In this document: piece after piece, positions 9,205 to 16,121 of the stretch
Numbering within the stretch: position 1 is the stretch's first letter
Layout: each line of letters starts with the position of its first letter
Origin: an uncultured bacterium
GTDB lineage: Bacteria; Muiribacteriota; UBA6191
Assembly: GCA_964600955.1 (NCBI GenBank)
Contig: CAZRLV010000001.1
Location: 2,277 to 44,586, forward strand
DNA: 42,310 nucleotides
Reading direction: 5' to 3'
Notes under the pieces: model-generated
Seen by the model: the letters and a program-made list of their open reading frames with translations, nothing else
Database searches by the model: none
Told to the model about the DNA's origin: nothing
Translations under genes and position numbers: made by a program

Positions 9205-10195
9205 GCAGTTCCCCAATTTTCCCCTGAGAGTCCACGCGAAAAAGACAGGTAGCGCCAATGATCCCAGCTTCAGATCCAAGCTTTACAGGCAGGATTTTAA
9301 CAGCGTCAAGTGCGCAGGGGATGGCCCGGTTCTCAATGGTTTTTAGCATGATCTCCAAAAAGGGTTTTCCCAGGTTGGCCACGCCTCCGCCGAAAGTAAT
9401 GATTTCTGGATTGAGAAGATTGATCAAGTTCACAAGCCCTACGCCCGCGAAATAACCTAGCTTTCTAACCAGAGACAGTGCCTCTGTTTGCCCCTGGCTG
9501 GCTAAATCTCCAATGCTTTCACCAGAGATGCTTGTCTCATCAAGCAGGTCGCAGAGACGATTGCCTTGAGCTTCTTTAGGTTTTTCGCGCAACTGTGTCT
9601 GGATCAATTCTCTGGCATAATGGGTCAAAGCCGTGCCGCTGGCGTAAGATTCAAAAACTCCCAGATTCCCAGATTCACTGCGAGGCCCATCATGGCAGAT
9701 GCTGGTTAGACCGACCTCACCGGCGCAGTTGCTGGCACCCCTGAGAATCTGATCATGGATGACGATTCCAGAACCGATCCCCGTGCCCAGAAAAATATTG
9801 ATATAGATGGAGGGACGCTGATCAAGCCCAAAGAGGTATTCCCCCAGGGTAGCGGCTCGCACATCATTATCAATAGCAATTTTCAGTTGCGAAAAATCAG
9901 ATCGCAGTTTGTCCCCAAGCGGGGCGTTTCTCCAGCCCAGATTGGGAGAATGGTGAATCAGGCCAGATTCTGGATGAATTTGTCCGGCACAGCCAACTCC
10001 AAGACCAGACACCGAGCCCTGAGTATTTGGATAGTCGTCTAAAAGTTTCTGAATATTTGAACGAAGCTTTAGGTAATAAGCCTCAAAAGTGGGTGACTTG
10101 GATGAAAAACTGAGCCGCTTTGAAATTTCTCCGTGAGCGTTAACAATTCCCAGAGCGGTTTTAGTGCCTCCAAGATCAATCCCCAGTGAAACCAT
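9197..10195 (-). CDS. ROK-family sugar kinase (glucokinase-like)
   Basis: N-terminal LGIDLGGTKTALGIV ATP-binding motif, IDNDVRAATLGE, and the ROK signature region GTGIGSGIV...GASNCAGEVG. The ATG shares one base with the pheS TGA (TGATG). Confidence 0.85.
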   Translation of the reverse strand: MVSLGIDLGGTKTALGIVNAHGEISKRLSFSSKSPTFEAYYLKLRSNIQKLLDDYPNTQGSVSGLGVGCAGQIHPESGLIHHSPNLGWRNAPLGDKLRSDFSQLKIAIDNDVRAATLGEYLFGLDQRPSIYINIFLGTGIGSGIVIHDQILRGASNCAGEVGLTSICHDGPRSESGNLGVFESYASGTALTHYARELIQTQLREKPKEAQGNRLCDLLDETSISGESIGDLASQGQTEALSLVRKLGYFAGVGLVNLINLLNPEIITFGGGVANLGKPFLEIMLKTIENRAIPCALDAVKILPVKLGSEAGIIGATCLFRVDSQGKIGELHV

Positions 10196-11241
10196 CAGCG
10201 AAATTGGTTCAGAAAGCGCAAATCATTTTCGTAAAACAGGCGGATATCTGTGATCCCATATTTGAGCATGGCAATGCGCTCCACTCCGATTCCAAAAGCC
10301 CAGCCTGAGAACTCTTCGGGGTCAAGGTCAACGGCCCGAAATACATTGGGATCAACCATTCCACAACCAAGAATTTCTATCCAACCGGATTGTGAGCAAA
10401 GTCTGCAACCCGAACCTTTGCATTTGAAGCAGGACACATCCATCTCTGCCGAAGGCTCCGTAAAAGGGAAGAAACTGGGCCTGAAACGCACCTTGCGCTC
10501 CTTGCCAAACAATTCCTGAGTTAAGAGACGCAAAACATATTTTAAATGTTTGAAATTGATATCCGTATCTACCATCAATCCCTCAACCTGATGGAAAACG
10601 GGGCTATGCGTCACATCATGGTCAACGCGAAAGACTTTGCCGGGAGCGATGATGCGAATCGGGGGTTTTTGCTTTTGCATCGTACGGATTTGAATTCCTG
10701 AAGTCTGGGTTCTTAAAACATGGTTGTCATCCACGAAAAATGTGTCTTGTGTATCGCGTGCCGGATGGTGTTTGGGAATATTGAGCGCCTCAAAATTATA
10801 AAAGTCAGTTTCAATTTCCGGACCCGACTCCACCTGAAACCCCATTTTCTTAAAAATGGCTGAGACTTCACGGATCACCAGGGTAATAGGATGCAAGCTA
10901 CCTCGTGAGCTGCGAATCCCCGGTAGGCTAAAATCTGGAAGATCCGTTGCATCGCTCTTTCCGTCAAGGGCATCGAGTCTATCCTTTAAGGCTTTAAATG
11001 CCTCGCCCTTCAGGCGGTTTACATCCTGGCCGAAGCCAGATCGCTCCTCTTGTTGAAGATCTTTTATTTGGGCTAGAAGGGAGGTGATCAACCCTTTTTT
11101 ACCCAGAAACTTACCCTTGGTTTCTAGCAGCTCAGAGCGAGTCGACGCCGTCTCAAGAGCCCCAAAAAAAGACTTTCGTATATTTTCAATGCGTGAATTC
11201 ATGCCCGCTATTATACTCAGCCTCTGGGTTGAGGTCACCAT
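10195..11241 (-). CDS. pheS: Phenylalanine--tRNA ligase alpha subunit
   Basis: 348 aa with class II aaRS motifs (HPARDTQDTFF, FRPSFFPFTEPSAEMDV, GWAFGIGVERIAMLKYGI.DIRLFYENDLRFL). Confidence 0.95.
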   Translation of the reverse strand: MVTSTQRLSIIAGMNSRIENIRKSFFGALETASTRSELLETKGKFLGKKGLITSLLAQIKDLQQEERSGFGQDVNRLKGEAFKALKDRLDALDGKSDATDLPDFSLPGIRSSRGSLHPITLVIREVSAIFKKMGFQVESGPEIETDFYNFEALNIPKHHPARDTQDTFFVDDNHVLRTQTSGIQIRTMQKQKPPIRIIAPGKVFRVDHDVTHSPVFHQVEGLMVDTDINFKHLKYVLRLLTQELFGKERKVRFRPSFFPFTEPSAEMDVSCFKCKGSGCRLCSQSGWIEILGCGMVDPNVFRAVDLDPEEFSGWAFGIGVERIAMLKYGITDIRLFYENDLRFLNQFR

Positions 11242-11256
11242 TTTTGAGCTAGGTTT

Positions 11257-11285
11257 TTGCCTTCCGAAGCGCGGACGGTTATATT
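11257..11285 (+). promoter_or_regulatory. Candidate sigma-70 promoter for the 11322 gene and prs
   Basis: TTGCCT (11257..11262), a 17-nt spacer, then TATATT (11280..11285), about 37 nt upstream of the ATG at 11322. Sequence match only. Confidence 0.35.
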
Positions 11286-11321
11286 GGGGGCGTTCAATTT
11301 ACCAAGTCTAAACCTTAGAAT

Positions 11322-11693
11322 ATGAGCATCTGGAATAAAGTAAAAGATCGTTTGGGTAAGGCGGCCAGCGAAGTGGAAACCCATGCCGTTGAACTTCGGG
11401 ACACCGTAAATTTTGAGATTCGAGTCCGAAAACTCAAGTCCGAGCTAGAGCAGGTTCGAGACGAGGCGAATGAGGTTTTTGAAGATGTCGGACGCAAAGT
11501 CTTGGGATCTATGCGAAATGACGAACCGATTCTTAGAGATGATTTTCAGGATCGCATGGACTATATCGATGGACTGGAGAAAAAAATGCGGGATGTTGAA
11601 GGCCGCATCAATGATCTCTACAAGCAGAAAAATTCCAGTGGGTCTCAGGAAGAGGTCATCGTAGATCCAGAGGATGACAAGGAGGGGAACTAA
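11322..11693 (+). CDS. Hypothetical charged coiled-coil protein (123 aa)
   Basis: ATG-initiated ORF. Highly charged and helical-looking (VRKLKSELEQVRDEANEVFEDV, GLEKKMRDVEGRINDLYKQ). Its stop overlaps the prs start (TAATG). No family recognised. Confidence 0.6.
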   Translation: MSIWNKVKDRLGKAASEVETHAVELRDTVNFEIRVRKLKSELEQVRDEANEVFEDVGRKVLGSMRNDEPILRDDFQDRMDYIDGLEKKMRDVEGRINDLYKQKNSSGSQEEVIVDPEDDKEGN

Positions 11694-12652
11694 TGTCCCT
11701 AGAGCGACTCAAAGTATTTTATGGGCGCTGGGGTAAGGATTTGGCCCTGGAAGTCTGCGATATGTTGGATATTGAGCCAGGTCGATCCGAGACCATCAAA
11801 TTCAAGAATCAAAACTCTTTTGTGCGCGTGGAGGATAATGTTCGTGATATCGATTGTTTCGTTATTCATAGCATCGGTGAGAACGTCAATGATGATCTGA
11901 TGGAGATGCTGATCATGGTCGATGCTTTAAAAAGGGCCTCAGCGCGTCGGGTTACGGCCGTCATGCCTTATTATTTTTACGCTCGCTCCGACAAAAAGGA
12001 TCAACCTAGAATCTCAATCACAGCCAGACTCGTAGCCGACCTGCTTACCGCGGCGGGTGTAGATCGTGTGATCACCATTGACCTGCACGCAGAGCAGATT
12101 ATGGGCTTTTTTACTCGGCCTGTCGATCAGCTATTAGCTCTGCCGGTTATTTGTGATCATTTCCATAGTCTGAAACTTGAAAACCCGGTGGTGGTTTCTC
12201 CAGACGCCGGCGGGGCCAAGCGCGCTAGAAGTTTCTCATGGACATTGAAAGCTGATCTGGCGATCATTGACAAACGCCGTCTAGGAAATAAAGACGCCAC
12301 CAGCGTTTACGGCTTGATCGGTGATGTGAAAGGGCGAACGGCTATCTTGGTGGATGACGAGATCGATACTGGTGGGTCCATCGTCAATAGTATGGGGGCT
12401 CTGCGTGAGGCAGGAGCAACCAAGGTTTACGCGGCTTGCACGCACGCTGTTTTTTCCGCTGATGCGGTTGAAACCTTGACTAATTCAGACTTGGAACAAG
12501 TTGTTGTGACCAATACCATTCCTCTGCGCAAGTCTTTTGATTCAGGCAGAATCAAGGTTCTTTCGATTGGCAGACTTCTGGCAAAAGCCATTCGCCGTAT
12601 TCATGAGGGAACCTCAGTTTCGGCTCTTTTTAGCAAATACTCGCAACCCTGA
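11693..12652 (+). CDS. prs: Ribose-phosphate pyrophosphokinase
   Basis: 319 aa. Prs hallmarks are present: AVMPYYFYARSDKKDQPR (flexible loop / PP-binding region) and ILVDDEIDTGGSIV (PRPP/ribose-5-P binding loop). TGA stop. Confidence 0.95.
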   Translation: MSLERLKVFYGRWGKDLALEVCDMLDIEPGRSETIKFKNQNSFVRVEDNVRDIDCFVIHSIGENVNDDLMEMLIMVDALKRASARRVTAVMPYYFYARSDKKDQPRISITARLVADLLTAAGVDRVITIDLHAEQIMGFFTRPVDQLLALPVICDHFHSLKLENPVVVSPDAGGAKRARSFSWTLKADLAIIDKRRLGNKDATSVYGLIGDVKGRTAILVDDEIDTGGSIVNSMGALREAGATKVYAACTHAVFSADAVETLTNSDLEQVVVTNTIPLRKSFDSGRIKVLSIGRLLAKAIRRIHEGTSVSALFSKYSQP

Positions 12653-12891
12653 CTCATCTTTTTGACTGGTTTTTTCCCGGAGGACCGCAAGCGGCCCTCC
12701 GAGTGAGAGGCTATCTAGGCCTGTCGATCCACTTGATTGCCTACACCATCTGGTTTGGGAGCACTGCGTTGATTGGAGCGCGAGGAATTATGATCCTCAG
12801 CCTTTAATTCAGCCTTGTCATTTTCCCTCTCCAGCGCTTTTTCCGCGCGCGGGTTGTCGTTATTTGCAGCCAAAGGGCTGGGCTCAACGCT

Positions 12892-13086
12892 TCAGGCTGA
12901 ATAATCTATTTGATTGCCTAGATCGCTAGCCATAAAGTCCTTTTCCTCTTTGGGGGGCTCTTCGGCTTTAAGCGAATCCGTCTTGGCTGGCGGCTCTGTG
13001 TTTTTATCAGCTTTTTGAGCTGAAACTGCGTTGGTGTTTCTCAAAGGGGATGCCTGTGGCATCGCATAACCAATTCCTTCTGGCAT
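12892..13086 (-). CDS. Possible small disordered protein (64 aa from the SD-supported ATG; track ORF extends to 13134)
   Basis: Track ORF 12892..13134. The third in-frame ATG (13086, MPEGIGYAMPQ...) is the one preceded by GGAGG at 8-nt spacing. The product is low-complexity and K/E/P-rich. No family recognised. Confidence 0.3.
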   Translation of the reverse strand: MPEGIGYAMPQASPLRNTNAVSAQKADKNTEPPAKTDSLKAEEPPKEEKDFMASDLGNQIDYSA

Positions 13087-13331
13087 GACTACGACCTCCA
13101 TATCAAACACAATACTGGTCTTGCTGACCTCCATATCAACGCAATATTGCCACGTTCAAGGAACTCCTGAAATCCGTTTCAAGGTTCCACAAAGGGGTCA
13201 AATCCCTGACCCCACAACCCTATTCTAAACCAGTTTTAGGTCAATGGGAATCCCAATTTGTCAGTATTTAGCCAGTTTTAGCTGTTTTTGACCCATATTG
13301 TATGGCATGGGCTTGCAAATCAGACTTTTCA

Positions 13332-13808
13332 CTAGGGAAAGCCGATCTGACGGTAGGCTTCATAGACGAGAGTTGTGCAGGCATTGGCGAGATTTAGACT
13401 GCGTGTTTGACCCCACATGGGCAGAGTTACCAGGGGGTGCTCTTCTTTCAAGAGCAGTTCCCGTGATAATCCCTGGGTCTCTTTGCCAAAGACAAGAATA
13501 TCTCTGGGGGAAAAATCAAACTCATGATAGGGGACTCCGTCGCGGGCACTTGTGAGAACCAGTCTTTTATCCCCATATTCACTCATAAAGGCAGTAAAGT
13601 TCTTGAGAAAACTAAAATTCAAATGGGGCCAATAATCGAGACCGGCCCGTCGTGCACGTGCATCGGTAATCTCGAAGGGAGTAGGTCCCACGACTACGAG
13701 AGGGGTGTTGGTAGCCACACAGGTTCGAGCGATAGAGCCGGTATTGCCAGGAATCTCCGGTTCAACTAGAGCCACCGTTATACCACTATAATTCTCAGAA
13801 TCCATCAA
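13332..13808 (-). CDS. trmL: SpoU/TrmL-type tRNA (cytidine/uridine-2'-O)-methyltransferase
   Basis: 158 aa. Has EPEIPGNTGSIARTC near the N-terminus and the C-terminal knot region LVFGKETQGLS...SLNLANA typical of SPOUT TrmL enzymes. Confidence 0.85.
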   Translation of the reverse strand: MMDSENYSGITVALVEPEIPGNTGSIARTCVATNTPLVVVGPTPFEITDARARRAGLDYWPHLNFSFLKNFTAFMSEYGDKRLVLTSARDGVPYHEFDFSPRDILVFGKETQGLSRELLLKEEHPLVTLPMWGQTRSLNLANACTTLVYEAYRQIGFP

Positions 13809-14064
13809 TATCTCCTTATCGCATGCAATTCTACTTGAATTCGTTCACTATTTGTTCTATGATACACATGCCAGCCTAAGAAAAAGCTTGCTGATAGGAA
13901 TCAATTCGGTGTAGCATAATCGAAGCTGGAATAACAACAACTGAAGCGAGCCATCAACGGTGGTCAGGAAACGAGGAAACTGATACTGGAGGTGGCTTTT
14001 TTCTTTCCCCAAAACTTTTACGATTCGGGTCTGTTCCGTTCACAGCTGATGCCTGGAGGTTCCC

Positions 14065-15153
14065 TTGATCAAACCAATTTTTCATTGCCTTTTAATGGGT
14101 CTGTTCATTTCCGCTTCATCTGCCAACGGGTTTCGCGTTGGCCTGGTGAACATCTATTTTTTCGCTGCGCTTTTTGAAGATAATTTGAAAAATCCCCTTT
14201 TCAAGCCGTTAAAAAAGCCGCCATCCACGACGGAGGAAAAAGAGACGGATCGTCTCAGTCTTGAGTATCTGGCGCGTTATGTTCGATATTTGGACGCCGA
14301 TGTTTTGGGAATTTGTGAGGCCCCGTCGCGGGTAGAAGATCTTGAAGCCTTTGTGAAACAGTATTTAAAGGATCAGTACAGGGTGGTTCATAATTCGCCG
14401 GTCATTAAAAACAGAAAATTTTATTTCAACCAGCAGGTGGCCTTTCTTGTACGCCGTGATCGATTTCATCTGCGACGATATGAAGCTTTGCCAGGCGAGA
14501 GGATCCGCCAGCTTAGGCAAAAATATCCATACCCTGAAAAAGAGGTCTACACATTGGATGGAAAAAACCTGGATGTCTGGTGGAGCCGTTTCCCTATTGA
14601 GATGGATTTAGCCCTAAAAGACGACCCAGGTCACTGGTATAAGTTTATCTTAACCTACCCCAAATCAAAATTTGCACGGGGTAAGCAGGCCAAGCGCGAG
14701 GCCCGCATCAAGAACTATGTTCAGCAGCGCATCGTTCGACGTAGACTCGAAGAAATATCCTCTGACTTTGAAGATGTTTTTATCATGGGGGATATGAACG
14801 ATGATTTAGGGATGGGACCTGTAGAGAAAACCCTGGGAATTGATTCCATTCAAGGACTCTATTACGGAGATAAAGATCCCTTGCTTTGGAACCCTTTAAG
14901 CTTTGCAGAGGGTGAAGGCACTTATATTTATAAAGGACATCCAGAGATTATTGATTATATTTTTCTTAGTCATGGGCTGCAAAAAGGGAAGGGAAGGGTA
15001 AGACCCACGGACTATCAGCATTTTCATTTTTATAAGACGATGGTGCGTCAAACCCGCTCGTCAAGACCTGATAGGCTTAGAAATCGAGAGCTTTTTCTTT
15101 CGGATCATGCGCCTCTTACCCTCGATGTGATTCACAAATTTTTCCAAGAGTAA
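14065..15153 (+). CDS. Secreted endonuclease/exonuclease/phosphatase (EEP) family protein
   Basis: TTG start 5 nt after GGAGG (14055..14059). Signal peptide MIKPIFHCLLMGLFISASSANG. EEP motifs are present (DVLGICEA, FIMGDMNDD, IDYIFLS, LSDHAPLTLDV). Confidence 0.8.
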   Translation: MIKPIFHCLLMGLFISASSANGFRVGLVNIYFFAALFEDNLKNPLFKPLKKPPSTTEEKETDRLSLEYLARYVRYLDADVLGICEAPSRVEDLEAFVKQYLKDQYRVVHNSPVIKNRKFYFNQQVAFLVRRDRFHLRRYEALPGERIRQLRQKYPYPEKEVYTLDGKNLDVWWSRFPIEMDLALKDDPGHWYKFILTYPKSKFARGKQAKREARIKNYVQQRIVRRRLEEISSDFEDVFIMGDMNDDLGMGPVEKTLGIDSIQGLYYGDKDPLLWNPLSFAEGEGTYIYKGHPEIIDYIFLSHGLQKGKGRVRPTDYQHFHFYKTMVRQTRSSRPDRLRNRELFLSDHAPLTLDVIHKFFQE

Positions 15154-15347
15154 AAAAGGGTGGATTGGGGTCGAAATAGGGCCTATTTGACCGAATTTGT
15201 ACGTTAATGTCCGTATATTATTAATAATCTCCTCGGATTAGGCTCAAGTCCTCATGGCTTTGATCCGAAAACTATAGTGATTCTCTTATAGGTTTCCTAG
15301 TTTTTTAACTGTGGACCGGTTGAAAACCCAGGATCTTCAAAGAAAAG

Positions 15348-15379
15348 CCTTCAAATTCTGCCCGAATCTGAAGGTTTTT
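15348..15379 (+). terminator. Candidate intrinsic terminator downstream of the EEP gene
   Basis: Stem ccttcaaattc (15348..15358) pairs with gaatctgaagg (15364..15374), 10 of 11 pairs. 5-nt loop, followed by TTTTT (15375..15379). Confidence 0.45.
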
Positions 15380-15461
15380 CTCCTTTACCGAAACCCCATA
15401 ACGAGAATAAAATCATCAGGAGCTTGATCGCTTGATAAATTCCTTTCATACCCCATTAGAT

Positions 15462-15489
15462 TAAAGGTTACGGCTAAATATGCCGATAA
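15462..15489 (+). promoter_or_regulatory. Sigma-28 (FliA) promoter, distal promoter of flagellin paralog 1
   Basis: TAAAGGTT (15462..15469), 12 nt, then GCCGATAA (15482..15489). The enterobacterial consensus is TAAAGTTT-N11-GCCGATAA. The spacing matches the promoter of paralog 2. It lies about 630 nt upstream of the ATG at 16122. Confidence 0.7.
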
Positions 15490-15700
15490 CCAAGAAGAGG
15501 ACCCAAAGTCCAACCAAAAAAATAATCTAACTTAGGTTGCTTTGGGCTGAATCGAGTGGATTATTCAAGATAATCCGATCTAATCGCACCTAACCCACCG
15601 CAAACAGCTTCATGTCTTTGCCGATCTTGGTCGATACTGATGGAGACATCGTAAAAGGATTCGGAAGTTTCTACTTCCGGAGCCCAGGTGACACTGCAAT

Positions 15701-15712
15701 TGGCCCACAGTC
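15701..15712 (-). repeat. Copy 1 of the flagellin-spacer motif (core GACTGTGGGCCA read on the minus strand)
   Basis: Exact 12-mer tggcccacagtc on the plus strand. It is shared with 16027..16038 and 38075..38086, and as the reverse complement with 19001..19012. Confidence 0.8.
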
Positions 15713-15740
15713 GCAGGTTTAATACCTGAGTTTAGCCCAT

Positions 15741-15780
15741 CAAGGATGATAGGGCAGGAAGCATCAAGGAGGATGATATG
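15741..15780 (+). promoter_or_regulatory. Duplicated flagellin-leader module (two GGA sites, SD and ATG) heading only a 53-codon ORF
   Basis: caaggatgatagggcaggaagcatcaaggaggatgatATG aligns by eye with the genuine leader caaggatggcaggcaaaaatccatcaaggaggatttaaaaATG at 16082..16124. Confidence 0.45.
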
Positions 15781-16025
15781 ATTTTTTTCACAGCGGGATT
15801 TTCACCGCATTTTAACGCTTCACCCCCCTCAAATAGCCTAGTTGGCTATTGCTGGGATGCTCCAGCCCGTCTTGGGTTTTGGGGATCTATCAGAGAACTG
15901 ATTATCCTAGCATTTCCGTCTCGTCACGCACCCGAATAAAGGCTGTCGGTGACGGGGCGGAGGTGCCCCCAAGGTAGATCGTTTTTGAGGTCTAGTCCTT
16001 AAATCGAATCCGGCGTTTTGTAAAT

Positions 16026-16040
16026 CTGGCCCACAGTCAA
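16026..16040 (-). repeat. Copy 2 of the flagellin-spacer motif (TTGACTGTGGGCCAG on the minus strand)
   Basis: ctggcccacagtcaa on the plus strand. This 15-mer is identical, in reverse complement, to the cores of the 18973..19035 and 38055..38113 elements. Confidence 0.8.
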
Positions 16041-16080
16041 CCTCACGCCGGGGAAAATAACTTGGAATAAACGAATGCCG

Positions 16081-16121
16081 CCAAGGATGGCAGGCAAAAA
16101 TCCATCAAGGAGGATTTAAAA
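16081..16121 (+). promoter_or_regulatory. Flagellin 1 leader: two GGA motifs, SD inside a hairpin (CsrA-type translational operator candidate)
   Basis: AAGGATGG at 16083..16090. Hairpin AAATCC (16098..16103) / GGATTT (16112..16117) with loop ATCAAGGA. The SD AAGGAGGA (16107..16114) sits 7 nt before the ATG. Confidence 0.5.

Noticed and set aside
8254-9279. N-terminal extensions given by the longest-ORF track (8254..9279, 20943..21818, 23349..24539, 30292..31341)
   Set aside because: Each extension would overlap the upstream gene by 76-146 nt and adds non-conserved sequence. Internal ATGs give short overlaps or gaps and, for 21716, a good SD.
12678-12701. Hairpin CGGAGGACCGC-AA-GCGGCCCTCCG after prs as an intrinsic terminator
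   Set aside because: The T-run lies upstream of the stem on the plus strand, which puts an A-run downstream on the minus strand. It therefore fits the hairpin plus U-tract rule on neither strand.
15701-15715. Sigma-54 promoter reading of TGGCCC-N5-CGCA in motif copy 1
   Set aside because: The GG to GC spacing is one nucleotide short of the TGGCAC-N5-TTGC consensus. The other three copies have no GC element at all (TGGCCCACAGTCAA...).
15778-15939. 53-codon ORF behind the duplicated leader as a real protein gene
   Set aside because: No recognisable family, odd composition, and below the track cut-off. It is reported only as part of the leader-duplication finding and not annotated as a CDS.
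16058-16084. Proximal sigma-28-like promoter (TAAC...GCCGCCAA) for flagellin 1
   Set aside because: Only about half of the -35 octamer and 6 of 8 positions of the -10 match, far weaker than the distal site at 15462..15489. It is kept only as a caveat pending transcription start mapping.
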